From a virus (Duplodnaviria > Caudoviricetes), in IMG/VR virus record IMGVR_UViG_3300002307_000103, positions 1 through 40,908 of that record: a stretch of DNA of 40,908 nt. One strand, 5' to 3'. The notes under the pieces were generated by a model. The model did not search any database, was not told where the DNA came from, and worked only from the letters and a program-made list of their open reading frames with translations. Below are positions 25,796 to 34,851 of the stretch, piece by piece (the first letter of the stretch is position 1; every line of letters begins with the position of its first letter). The position numbers and the translations under genes were made by a program.

Positions 25796-26478
25796 GGTTT
25801 CTCTCGATTGGCTCGCGTTGCTTCAACTATAGAGCCATGTAACAGGTGAAAACTGATTTTGCTAACGAATTATGGGGGTTTGGGGAAAGCCTAGCGTTTT
25901 CAACGCGCTAACACCTTTTGGCGCAAGTGTTTGCATTGTCGCAAATAGGGTTAGCAGAGGGACGTCTTTTATGTGTGCAACTTCGCACACGCCCTCAGTA
26001 ACCGACCTCTCTCTATTCAACTATATATAGGGTTGTTGGCATATATATATATATATACTTATATAGACTAACGGAAGGACGCCAAAGTATCATATTTAAG
26101 TATATTACTTCCCCGATAGATCCTGTATGCAACAAGTACGGGACGCGTTGCTTAGCCGGGCGCTGGTGTATAAAGGTGTAACCCCATTATATTTTACCCG
26201 AATAACCGTGGAAGTAATTGGCAAGAGGGCGGGCAGGCGGCAGGCACATACTAGTAATATACTGTATTGCATAAGCACTAAGTACCATACGCGTACACAA
26301 GTGCTTTAAAGCACGCGACTAGCCTAGGTCTCTATCGCTTGTTTACATACTCAAACGCTTTAAAGCGCTTCAATACTTGTACAATACTAGAGCCATTACT
26401 TCACGAATACTTAGGCCACCGGGTCGAGCGGCAGGCGGGGCCCTAGTAATTCTATATACCAACGAACCAAAATTTCCG

Positions 26479-26568
26479 TAGTTTCATACCGGGGACCTAG
26501 TATTATACTAGTTTCATACCGGGGACCTAGTATTATACTAGTTTCATACCGGGGACCTAGTATAATAC
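26479..26568. repeat. Tandem repeat, 3 x 30 bp, with internal palindrome
   Basis: TAGTTTCATACCGGGGACCTAGTATTATAC twice, then a third copy with one T>A change; junctions form CTAGTAT-t-ATACTAG. Confidence 0.95.
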
Positions 26569-26589
26569 TTCTACCAAGCCAGATCAGGC

Positions 26590-27522
26590 TTGACACCCCC
26601 GTACACGCCGCTTCCGAACTACGCGGTACTCGTCAACCACCTGAGCTTCTCCTGCAACAAGAATATAGTACTCAACATAGGTGTTCAGAACGGTAGCAGT
26701 ATCTCCGGGGCCGGTACCACGCCGAGCGGGAATATTCAGGTGGTACTGGCACCGGGGGTTCCGGTGGCGGTTCCCATGAATATACTGCTTCGGCCCGCGA
26801 TCCAGGGTAATACCGGCATCACCGCCGCGATCCGGGACTTGCTAGACACCGACCGCACTAACGTCGTGTGCCTGGGGCAAGTGGTCGGGTACGAGATCGC
26901 TGACGACGTGAACTTCAACGCGCCGACGACGATATTCTGGCACGGCGACAGCCTGAGTAAGTCTACAATCGGCGTGACCGACAAGACCGGCTCGCAGCCG
27001 TTCCTGACGCTGAAGTACTACAAAGACAAGGGCATCAACGCCCGTCTGGTACTCCAGGCAACGTCGGGCTCTACTGCCGTCGGGCACGACACGTGGCGGA
27101 ATAACGGCGGCTCGGACTTCCTCGACAGCGTACAACTCATCGTGATCGAGTTGGGTACAAACGACGAAGGCGTCAACAGCGATACCGTCGTCGGCCAGAC
27201 CGTGACTAACTGGATCGCGTGGAAGAAAGCGCGCTATCCGGCGGCAAAAATGCTCATACTCGGACCGCCGCAGCGCAATAACGCGGGCGAAGAGACGCTT
27301 ATGGCGTTGATCCGTACTGCCGAGCAGGCGGCGGTGACGAATGCAAACGACGCGAACGTAAAATACTGCTCGCTCGCGTCGCCGCAGCCGTTCGACAATA
27401 CGCAGACCGCCAACTACGCGGACGGCGGCGCTCCGTATGTCCACCCCACGCAGGCGAATAACGTCCTGATCTGGACAACGAACCTCAAACCCTGCTTGGA
27501 CGCCAACATACCGACCCTGTAA
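26590..27522 (+). CDS. SGNH/GDSL hydrolase (esterase) domain protein; start uncertain
   Basis: Block I WHGDSL, block II ATSGS, block III ELGTND, block V D....VHP. Confidence 0.8.
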   Translation: MTPPYTPLPNYAVLVNHLSFSCNKNIVLNIGVQNGSSISGAGTTPSGNIQVVLAPGVPVAVPMNILLRPAIQGNTGITAAIRDLLDTDRTNVVCLGQVVGYEIADDVNFNAPTTIFWHGDSLSKSTIGVTDKTGSQPFLTLKYYKDKGINARLVLQATSGSTAVGHDTWRNNGGSDFLDSVQLIVIELGTNDEGVNSDTVVGQTVTNWIAWKKARYPAAKMLILGPPQRNNAGEETLMALIRTAEQAAVTNANDANVKYCSLASPQPFDNTQTANYADGGAPYVHPTQANNVLIWTTNLKPCLDANIPTL

Positions 27523-27524
27523 GC

Positions 27525-27553
27525 TTGACGGCGGGGCGCTCGCAGGGCATTCT
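27525..27553 (+). promoter_or_regulatory. Sigma70-type promoter for the packaging genes
   Basis: gcTTGACG-17 nt-CATTCT immediately after the upstream TAA. Confidence 0.6.
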
Positions 27554-27564
27554 ATACGCCTCAC

Positions 27565-28143
27565 GTGAGCGCCCCCATGCGTAACCAACTGACATTAGAC
27601 GCGATTGTCCTACAGCTACAGCGCAACTGCGGCGACCGGCTGGCCGCGTGTAAAGCCGTGGGCGTGTCGCTTATCTTCGTGAACCAGTGGGCGAAGGACG
27701 ACAAGGAAGTTCACGAAAAGTTACTGGAGGCCGAGCGTGTCGGTAACCAGGGCCTAGTAAGCGCGGCGATACAGCGCGCGGTGCATGGCGTCGAGAAGGA
27801 CGTATACTATAAGGGCGAGGTAGTAGGGCAGCAGGTCGAGTACTCGGACGGCCTGCTCACAACGCTTTTAAAGGCGAAAGTACCGGAGTTCTCGAAAGAG
27901 GACAGCGCCGCACCGAGCGTGACGGTAAACATTGCCAACCTGATGCCGCGCGCCACATCGTACGAGCAATGGCTGGAAATGAAGACGGCGACACTCGCCA
28001 ACTCAGCGCAACAGAAATTACTAGACGCGCGCCCGGCGGAAGACGCCGAGTTCGTGGACGTATCCGACGCGGCTAAGGCCGCCGCCTGGATTATGGCACC
28101 GCAAGATGAAGAAGTACCAGCATTTCAGGGGATAGAACTATGA
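27565..28143 (+). CDS. terS: Terminase small subunit
   Basis: N-terminal HTH (AACKAVGVSLIFVNQW) and AIQRAVHGVEKDVYYKG...EYSDGLLTTLLKA; upstream of TerL. Start is GTG 27565 or ATG 27577. Confidence 0.8.
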   Translation: MSAPMRNQLTLDAIVLQLQRNCGDRLAACKAVGVSLIFVNQWAKDDKEVHEKLLEAERVGNQGLVSAAIQRAVHGVEKDVYYKGEVVGQQVEYSDGLLTTLLKAKVPEFSKEDSAAPSVTVNIANLMPRATSYEQWLEMKTATLANSAQQKLLDARPAEDAEFVDVSDAAKAAAWIMAPQDEEVPAFQGIEL

Positions 28144-28355
28144 CCGACGAAGGTTTTAACGAGCGGTGGCGTGCGCAACGCGCGTACGACGAGGCCCTGG
28201 GCCTGTGTACTCACACGCCTACCACGTATGACCATGTGCTGTGGCAAAAGTTTTTTGGCCAGGGCTTCCGTGCTGGCGTGTGGCTGGGGGCGGGCAGTAC
28301 TACGTTTCTTGTAGTCGTGCTGGTACTGGCGCTTAAGAGTCTCGGCGTTATCTAG
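28140..28355 (+). CDS. Small membrane protein
   Basis: Coupled between TerS and TerL; C-terminal TM segment FLVVVLVLAL. Confidence 0.55.
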   Translation: MTDEGFNERWRAQRAYDEALGLCTHTPTTYDHVLWQKFFGQGFRAGVWLGAGSTTFLVVVLVLALKSLGVI

Positions 28356-29848
28356 TGGCGCAAACTATAGACCGCCCCATTGCAACTATAGGCGACAACA
28401 GCGCTCCTGACCTATGGGAGCCGCAGCCCGGCCCGCAATCGTTGGCCGTATCCGCGCAGTTCGTCACGGAACTTATGTTCGGCGGCGCGCGGGGCGGCGG
28501 TAAGTCTGACTATCTGCTAGGCGACTTCCTACAGGATATCGACCTGGGGCCGAAGTGGCAGGGTATTATATTCCGCCGATCACACCCCGAACTCGAAGAG
28601 CTTATCAAGCGCGCTAAAGAGATATACGCGCCCTATGGGGCCGCGTATAAGATCGCGGACAGAACATTCGTGTTCCCGAGTGGCGCTACTTTAAAAATGC
28701 GGCACGTCGAGAGCGAGAGTGACTGCGACAAGTACCAAGGTCACCAGTATACATGGATTGGCTGGGACGAGCTTACCAACTGGCCGAACCTCAACTCGTA
28801 CAAGAAAATCAAGGCGTGCCTGCGTTCGGCGCACGGTGTGCAGTTTAAGCGCATACGCTGCTCGGCAAACCCCGGCGGTGTGGGCCACCACGCTGTTAAG
28901 GCGTACTTCATCGACCCCTGCCCGACCGGAATGGAGGTCATTGAGAACGTAGATGAAGAAGGTCAGATCACAACGCGTATGTATATCCCGTCGAAAGTGC
29001 GGGATAACAAAATACTTATGCGGAATGACCCTGGGTACATCGCCCGCCTGCGGGAGATCGGCTCGCCGGAACTCGTTAAAGCGTGGCTCGATGGCGACTG
29101 GAGCGTCATTACTGGGGCGTACTTCCCCGAGTTCAGTATTGAGAAGCACGTAATCGAGCCGTTCCGTATGCCGCAGCACTGGGTGCGTTTTCGCAGCATG
29201 GACTGGGGGTCCGCGACGCCATTCTGCGTACACTGGCACGCCGTCGTGTCCGAAGCGTATGAGATTGCGCCAAACGTGTACTTGCCCGCAGGCGCGATCA
29301 TCACGTATCGTGAGTTCTACGGCTGGAACGGTACGCCGAACGTGGGCTTGCGCTGGCCCGCTACCCGCGTGGCACAGTATATCACGAAGTACGAAGCGGG
29401 CGACAACATAAACTACGGCGTTATCGACCCTAGCGCGTACTCCAACCAGTCGGGACCGTCTCACGCCGAGCGCATGGCCCAAGAGGGTGTAAAATTCCGT
29501 AAAGCCGACAATAACCGTATCGGTGGGTGGGATATGGTACGCGACCGCTTGTGCGGTATTGAGGGCGATCCTGACGTAAACTACGGCGTCGGAGTACCCA
29601 TGTGGTACGTATTCAAGACGTGTGTGCATATTATTCGTACTTTGCCTGCCCTACAGCACGATTTGACCGACCCGGAGGACTGCGACACGGACGGGGAGGA
29701 CCACGCGCCCGATACGCTTCGATACGGGTTTATGTCCCGCCCCTGGCGTCGGCCCAAGCCCGCAAACAAGCAGGAACCCGATTTCAAGCTCTTGCAAAAG
29801 GCAACGCTTGATGATTTATGGGCGTCGCGCGAAGACTATGAGGACTGA
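28355..29848 (+). CDS. terL: Terminase large subunit
   Basis: Walker A GGARGGGKS, Walker B IGWDELT, motif III SANPGG, nuclease MDWG and EDHAPDTLRY. Confidence 0.95.
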   Translation: MAQTIDRPIATIGDNSAPDLWEPQPGPQSLAVSAQFVTELMFGGARGGGKSDYLLGDFLQDIDLGPKWQGIIFRRSHPELEELIKRAKEIYAPYGAAYKIADRTFVFPSGATLKMRHVESESDCDKYQGHQYTWIGWDELTNWPNLNSYKKIKACLRSAHGVQFKRIRCSANPGGVGHHAVKAYFIDPCPTGMEVIENVDEEGQITTRMYIPSKVRDNKILMRNDPGYIARLREIGSPELVKAWLDGDWSVITGAYFPEFSIEKHVIEPFRMPQHWVRFRSMDWGSATPFCVHWHAVVSEAYEIAPNVYLPAGAIITYREFYGWNGTPNVGLRWPATRVAQYITKYEAGDNINYGVIDPSAYSNQSGPSHAERMAQEGVKFRKADNNRIGGWDMVRDRLCGIEGDPDVNYGVGVPMWYVFKTCVHIIRTLPALQHDLTDPEDCDTDGEDHAPDTLRYGFMSRPWRRPKPANKQEPDFKLLQKATLDDLWASREDYED

Positions 29849-29850
29849 CC

Positions 29851-32073
29851 ATGGCGAAGACCGGCGACACCCCAGCCCCCGACCGCGCGTACTGGTCTGG
29901 CGAACTCACCCGAGCGCGGAAACGCTTTAAAACATTCTGGGATGCGGGCGACGTTGTGGTCGATACGTACCGGATGCAGAAGGCGGACGGTAACGAAGCC
30001 ATGTCGAAGGACAAGTACAATATCTTGTACTCGTCCACCGAGACGATCCGCCCCAATCTGTACGCGCAGTCGCCGAAAGCGCGCGTCGTACTGCGTTCGA
30101 AGGATACCGCGACCGATATCGCCCGCGCCTCGGCGACCCTACTTGAAGGATGCATCGAGTACGTGATGCGCGAAGAAGACCTTGACGACCTGATGAACGG
30201 GGTTGTCGAGGATTTCTTGCTGCCCGGCCTCGGCATCGCATGGGTATCGTACGAAGCCAACTTCGAAGACGTGACCGGCGAGGACGGGAAGCCGGTAAAG
30301 GGCGACGACGGCCAGCCGCAGCAGCGCCTACTTGACGAAATGGTCAAGATGGAGTACGGGTACTGGCAGGACTTCCTGTGCGGTATTTCGCGCTCATGGA
30401 AAGATACGCCATGGGTCGCCCGCCGTATCTTCTTGGACAAAGCCAAGGCTACCGCGCGTTTCGGCGCTGAAAAAGCCGGGCAACTCCAGTATCAGCGGCG
30501 CGACGCCGCCACGCGGGATATGGACAACCCGTCCGAGACGGCGGAAGCGTGGGAAATCTGGAACAAAGCCGACAAGATGGTGTACTGGTTCGCGGAGAGC
30601 TACGCGGACGACCTGCTGGACACTAAGCCGGACCCTTTAAAGCTAAAGCGGTTCTTCCCGTGCCCCCGCCCGCTGCGCGCGATCTCAAACACGCGTACTT
30701 TCGTGCCGCGCTCGCTGTTTTCGCAGTATAAATCGCAGGCGAGCACGTTGGATACGCTCACGAAGCGCATTCGGCTGCTTTCGGAGGCCCTTCGCGTCGT
30801 CGGCCTGTTCGATGGCTCCCAGGTGAAGCTGGCCGACGTACTGAACCCGGCAGCGGGCAACCGAATGGTCGCCGTCGATAGCTGGGCGCAGTTCGCGCAA
30901 TCCGGCGGTATCAAGGGTAACGTCGAATGGGTACCCATCGACGCCATCATGCAGACGCTTACGCAACTACTCGCCGCCCGCGAGGTCTGCAAGAACGAAA
31001 TCTACGAAATTACCGGCTTCTCGGATATTGTACGTGGCGTCTCTAAAGCGTCTGAGACGCTAGGCGCGCAGAACATCAAGTCCGACTGGGCCGGTGCCCG
31101 CGTCAAGAAGCTCCAGTACGAAGTGCAGCGGTTCGCCCGCGATCTTATCGCACTAGTTGGCGAATTGATCGCGGAACATTGCGATCCCGTCACTATCGCG
31201 GTATTTTCCGGTATTCCGATCCCCGACCCGCAAGAAGTGGCGCAAAACCCCGCGTTGCAGCAACAAGTACAGGGCTTCAAGCAGGCGACTGACCTGATCC
31301 GCGACGAAATTCGGCGTGTATCCACGGTCGATATCGAAACCGATAGTACGCTCCTGGCCGACGAAAGTGCCGAGCGGGACGACCGTACGAAATTCTTGGC
31401 CGCCGCCGGTGCGTTCCTGCAACAAGCTGTCCCCGCCGCCGAAAGTACGCCAGAACTCGGCCCATTGCTGGGGGCGATGCTAATGTTCGTCGTTCGTACT
31501 TTCCCGTCGTCTCGCCCAATCGAAGAAGAGTTCGAGAAAGTACAGCAGGGCTTGCAGTCAAAGGCGCAACAGCCCCAGAACCAGGACAAGGACGGAAGTA
31601 AGGCCAAGGCGGCGACGCAAATGCAGATCGCGCAAATGGCCGAACAGACCAATCAAGCTCGTATTCAGGCAGAAGCGCAAACTAAGGCGCAAGAACTGCA
31701 AATACGGGACAAGAACGAGACGCAGCGTAACGCAGCGACGGCGCAAGCCGAGCAGAACCGCCACGAAGAAAAGATGCTGGAGCTTCAAGTACGTCAGCAA
31801 GAACTGGCGTTGAAAGCCCGCGAAGTCGCCGTATCGGAGGATAAGAACGATATTGCGCGCGAGCAAGCGAATACGTTGAAGTTCACGGCCTTGCACAATG
31901 CCGGTATGGCGGAAATGGCGCACCTCGCGGACAGCGCCCAGGCGGCCAGCGAAGAAGACCTAGAATACGACCGGATGGCCCATGACGAGAAGCTCGCCGG
32001 GATGGCCCACGACGCCGCCCAGGCCGCAGCAGAGGCCGGGGGAGACGGGGACGGCGGGGATACCGAGGATTAA
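29851..32073 (+). CDS. Portal protein (P22-like, long C-terminal coiled coil)
   Basis: 740 aa directly after TerL; N-terminal YNILYS, central FFPCPRP, Gln/Glu-rich helical C-terminus. Confidence 0.85.
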   Translation: MAKTGDTPAPDRAYWSGELTRARKRFKTFWDAGDVVVDTYRMQKADGNEAMSKDKYNILYSSTETIRPNLYAQSPKARVVLRSKDTATDIARASATLLEGCIEYVMREEDLDDLMNGVVEDFLLPGLGIAWVSYEANFEDVTGEDGKPVKGDDGQPQQRLLDEMVKMEYGYWQDFLCGISRSWKDTPWVARRIFLDKAKATARFGAEKAGQLQYQRRDAATRDMDNPSETAEAWEIWNKADKMVYWFAESYADDLLDTKPDPLKLKRFFPCPRPLRAISNTRTFVPRSLFSQYKSQASTLDTLTKRIRLLSEALRVVGLFDGSQVKLADVLNPAAGNRMVAVDSWAQFAQSGGIKGNVEWVPIDAIMQTLTQLLAAREVCKNEIYEITGFSDIVRGVSKASETLGAQNIKSDWAGARVKKLQYEVQRFARDLIALVGELIAEHCDPVTIAVFSGIPIPDPQEVAQNPALQQQVQGFKQATDLIRDEIRRVSTVDIETDSTLLADESAERDDRTKFLAAAGAFLQQAVPAAESTPELGPLLGAMLMFVVRTFPSSRPIEEEFEKVQQGLQSKAQQPQNQDKDGSKAKAATQMQIAQMAEQTNQARIQAEAQTKAQELQIRDKNETQRNAATAQAEQNRHEEKMLELQVRQQELALKAREVAVSEDKNDIAREQANTLKFTALHNAGMAEMAHLADSAQAASEEDLEYDRMAHDEKLAGMAHDAAQAAAEAGGDGDGGDTED

Positions 32074-32075
32074 GC

Positions 32076-32104
32076 TTGACGGGGGCGGGGGACGCCTTTA
32101 CACG
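32076..32104 (+). promoter_or_regulatory. Sigma70-type promoter for the head genes
   Basis: gcTTGACG-17 nt-TACACG; same TAAGCTTGACGG context as the promoter at 27525. Confidence 0.5.
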
Positions 32105-32122
32105 CGATAGGGGGAGCATGGC

Positions 32123-32611
32123 ATGGCCGACGCAGATCAATACAGCGAGTACCCGGAAGGCTACCAAGGCCGGAAAAGGTACGTCCGCACCGTAAGCCAC
32201 GGGATCGTCGCCGCTTGCTTCGCGTATACTGGATACGACGGTCGCAATTACCTCCGCGGCGACCCCGCTGGGTACGCTGAGAGCAGCGATACCGTTCGCG
32301 CCCCGTACGTCATGCGAGATATGGCGGCATACCAGTCGCCTCTCGATGGGAAGATGATTACTTCCCGTTCCGAACACCGCGAGCATATCAAAGTACACGA
32401 CGTTATCGAAATCGGTAACGAGCGTATGCCCGCCCCACGCCCCGATATCGCCCCGGAAAAGGGCCTTGGCGAAGCGATCAATCGCCGCCTCGAAGAAGTA
32501 CGGGCAATGCCCCAAAGTACCTATGACGAACACGTTCACGTACAGGCCGCCGAACACAAGGCGGTAGTGGACCTCGTTACTCCCACCCCATCAATCGAAA
32601 TCGCAGCGTAA
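32123..32611 (+). CDS. Hypothetical head-module protein
   Basis: YQSPLDGKMITSRSEHREHIKVHDVIEIGNE; lies between portal and scaffold; GGGGGAG RBS. Confidence 0.7.
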   Translation: MADADQYSEYPEGYQGRKRYVRTVSHGIVAACFAYTGYDGRNYLRGDPAGYAESSDTVRAPYVMRDMAAYQSPLDGKMITSRSEHREHIKVHDVIEIGNERMPAPRPDIAPEKGLGEAINRRLEEVRAMPQSTYDEHVHVQAAEHKAVVDLVTPTPSIEIAA

Positions 32612-32620
32612 GGGCTCACC

Positions 32621-33784
32621 ATGGTTGACGTTCCCGACTTCACTTCGGACCTGAACGGCGACGTACCCGCCAGCGGCGAAGTCGTCCCGAGCCATTCCGA
32701 CCCGACCGGCGTCGCCCCGCGTACCGACCCGGTACAGCCGAAAGCTGCCAAGGCCCCGAAGTCCGACGCCGAACCCACCGCGAAGCCTACTTCGCTGCGC
32801 GACCAAATCTCGTCCGCTTTAAAGGGCAACGCCGCTGCCGATACGCCTGACGCCGCCGCTCTGAACGGTGGCCCTGCCCGCGACGCAACGGGTAAGTTCG
32901 CCCCTAAGGCGGATGGCCTGCCCGATACCGGGGTCGTGGACCCCAGCGCGCCGCCCGCAGCGGCCCCTGTTTCAGTACCGCCCCAGGCGCTTCAAGCGCT
33001 GGGTATGGCACCCGAAGAATTTAGTGCCCTTCCGGCGAAAACGCAAGAAAGTCTTGCGCGTACTATGGAGGACATTAACGCGGCGCATAAGCACTTTGCG
33101 TCGCTCGATCAAGTAGAGCAGTTGATCGCCCCGCGCCGCCAAGCGTGGGCTTTAAATGGGATGAGCGAAAGCCAAGCCCTGAACCAACTGCTCGCCCTGT
33201 CAGACTTCGCTGGTCGAGACATGCCAGGGTTCCTCAAGTACATGGCGGAAAACGGTGGAGTAAATCTCGAAGATTTAGTCTTCGCGAGTGATCCGGTGGA
33301 CCCGGTGCAATCCGAGCTTCAAAAGCGGCTTGCCGCCGCCGAGGCCCGTATTTCCGGGTTCGATACTCAGCAGCAACAAGCCGCGCACAATGCCGTGGTA
33401 AATTCCGTCGTCGCGTTTGCATCGGAGAAAGGCGCGGACGGAAGTCTGCTTCGCCCGTACTTCGAAGAACTCGGCACGGGTATTCTACCCATCATTAGTG
33501 CGGTGAAGGCCCAGAACCCCAACTGGACGCAACAACAAGTACTCCAGACCGCGTACGAAAACGCGTGCTGGGCTACTCCGGCAATACGGGCGAAGATGCA
33601 GGCGGGCGTTAATGCCGCAGCCGAGGCAGAACGTCTCCGTACGGAAGCGGGCAGAGTGGGTAAGGCCAGGGCTGCGAGCGTCAGCGTCCGTAGCGGCGCA
33701 CCGTCGTCACCGCCAGCGAGCCCGTCCGATAAGGGCGGCACGCTTCGCGATACTATCCGAGCGTCCATCGCTTCTGTGACCTGA
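32621..33784 (+). CDS. Capsid scaffolding protein
   Basis: Disordered acidic/Pro N-terminus, RDATGKFA motif, helical body and C-terminal TLRDTIRASI; directly before the capsid gene. Confidence 0.75.
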   Translation: MVDVPDFTSDLNGDVPASGEVVPSHSDPTGVAPRTDPVQPKAAKAPKSDAEPTAKPTSLRDQISSALKGNAAADTPDAAALNGGPARDATGKFAPKADGLPDTGVVDPSAPPAAAPVSVPPQALQALGMAPEEFSALPAKTQESLARTMEDINAAHKHFASLDQVEQLIAPRRQAWALNGMSESQALNQLLALSDFAGRDMPGFLKYMAENGGVNLEDLVFASDPVDPVQSELQKRLAAAEARISGFDTQQQQAAHNAVVNSVVAFASEKGADGSLLRPYFEELGTGILPIISAVKAQNPNWTQQQVLQTAYENACWATPAIRAKMQAGVNAAAEAERLRTEAGRVGKARAASVSVRSGAPSSPPASPSDKGGTLRDTIRASIASVT

Positions 33785-33808
33785 AACCCCTTTCTATAGG
33801 AGCCCACA

Positions 33809-34783
33809 GTGGCCGTACCCAATCTTTCGGAGATCGTGACTACCACGATCGAAAATCGCAGTAAGGCCGTCGCCGACAACGTGAGCAAGTCTCACGCGCT
33901 GCTCGACCGCCTGGAAGCCAAGGGCAAGGCGAAGCCCGCTGACGGCGGTCGCCGTATCCTGCAAGAGATCGAATTTGCCGAGAACGGCACCTTCGGCTGG
34001 TACTCGGGATACGACACGATCAACATTTCCCCGCAGGAAGTGTTCTCGGCCGCCGAGTTCGACTGGAAGCAAGCCGCCGTCGCGGTGTCCGTTTCCGGCC
34101 TCGAACAACTGATGAATACGGGCGAAGAACAGTTCATCGACCTGCTCGAAAGCCGTATGTCGAACGCCGAGCGTACGATGAAGAACCAGATGGGCCTCGC
34201 CGTGTACGGCGACGGCACCGCTGCCGGCGGTAAGGCCATCGGCGGTATGGCGTTGCTGATCGCTGACGCGAATACTGTCGGCACCGTCGGCAACATCAAC
34301 CGCGCCAACTGGTCCTTCTGGCGCAATCAGTCGTTCTCCGCGGTCGGCGACTACGGCGGCGCCATGACCAACGCCAACGTGCTGTCGTACATGGCCCGTA
34401 CGTGGCTGACCCTCGTTCGCGGCAACGAGAAGCCCGACCTTATCCTGGCGGACAACAACTACTACCGCCTGTACTGGGAGAGCCTGCTTCCGCAACAACG
34501 GTTCATGTCGCCCGCCATGGCCGAAGCCGGCTTCGAGAGCCTCAAGTACCAGAGCGCCGACGTGGTGTTCGACGGCGGTATCGGCGGCGGCTGCCCGGCG
34601 AACCATATGTTCTTCCTGAACACCGAGTATATCTACATGCGGCACCACCCGAAGCGCCGGTACGTCGCCATCGGGGAGCAGCAGCGGTTCTCGACCAACC
34701 AGGACGCCATGGTTCAGCTGATGGGTTGGGCCGGTAACATGACCCTCTCCGGTGGGCTCATGCAGGGCGTACTCCGGGCCTAA
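33809..34783 (+). CDS. Major capsid protein
   Basis: 324 aa, AGGAG RBS, highly biased codons; HK97-like features (YSGYDTI, AEFDWKQ, YGDGT, GFESLKY). Confidence 0.9.
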   Translation: MAVPNLSEIVTTTIENRSKAVADNVSKSHALLDRLEAKGKAKPADGGRRILQEIEFAENGTFGWYSGYDTINISPQEVFSAAEFDWKQAAVAVSVSGLEQLMNTGEEQFIDLLESRMSNAERTMKNQMGLAVYGDGTAAGGKAIGGMALLIADANTVGTVGNINRANWSFWRNQSFSAVGDYGGAMTNANVLSYMARTWLTLVRGNEKPDLILADNNYYRLYWESLLPQQRFMSPAMAEAGFESLKYQSADVVFDGGIGGGCPANHMFFLNTEYIYMRHHPKRRYVAIGEQQRFSTNQDAMVQLMGWAGNMTLSGGLMQGVLRA

Positions 34784-34793
34784 GACTACAACC

Positions 34794-34817
34794 GGCGGGG
34801 GCTTTAAAACCCCCGTC
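34794..34817 (+). terminator. Hairpin after the capsid gene
   Basis: GGCGGGGG-ctttaaaa-CCCCCGTC; no strong U tract. Confidence 0.45.
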
Positions 34818-34851
34818 AACCCTCTCGCTTCCTTTGTGAAGGATACTGAAT

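Noticed and set aside
26479-26568. 30-bp repeats as a CRISPR array
   Set aside because: The units are directly tandem with no unique spacers. The only Cas-like gene is a DUF2800/Cas4-like nuclease in a standard replication module.
26411-26596. 61-aa ORF with SIILGPRYET repeats
   Set aside because: It is simply the translation of the 30-bp DNA repeat, with no RBS or coding signal.
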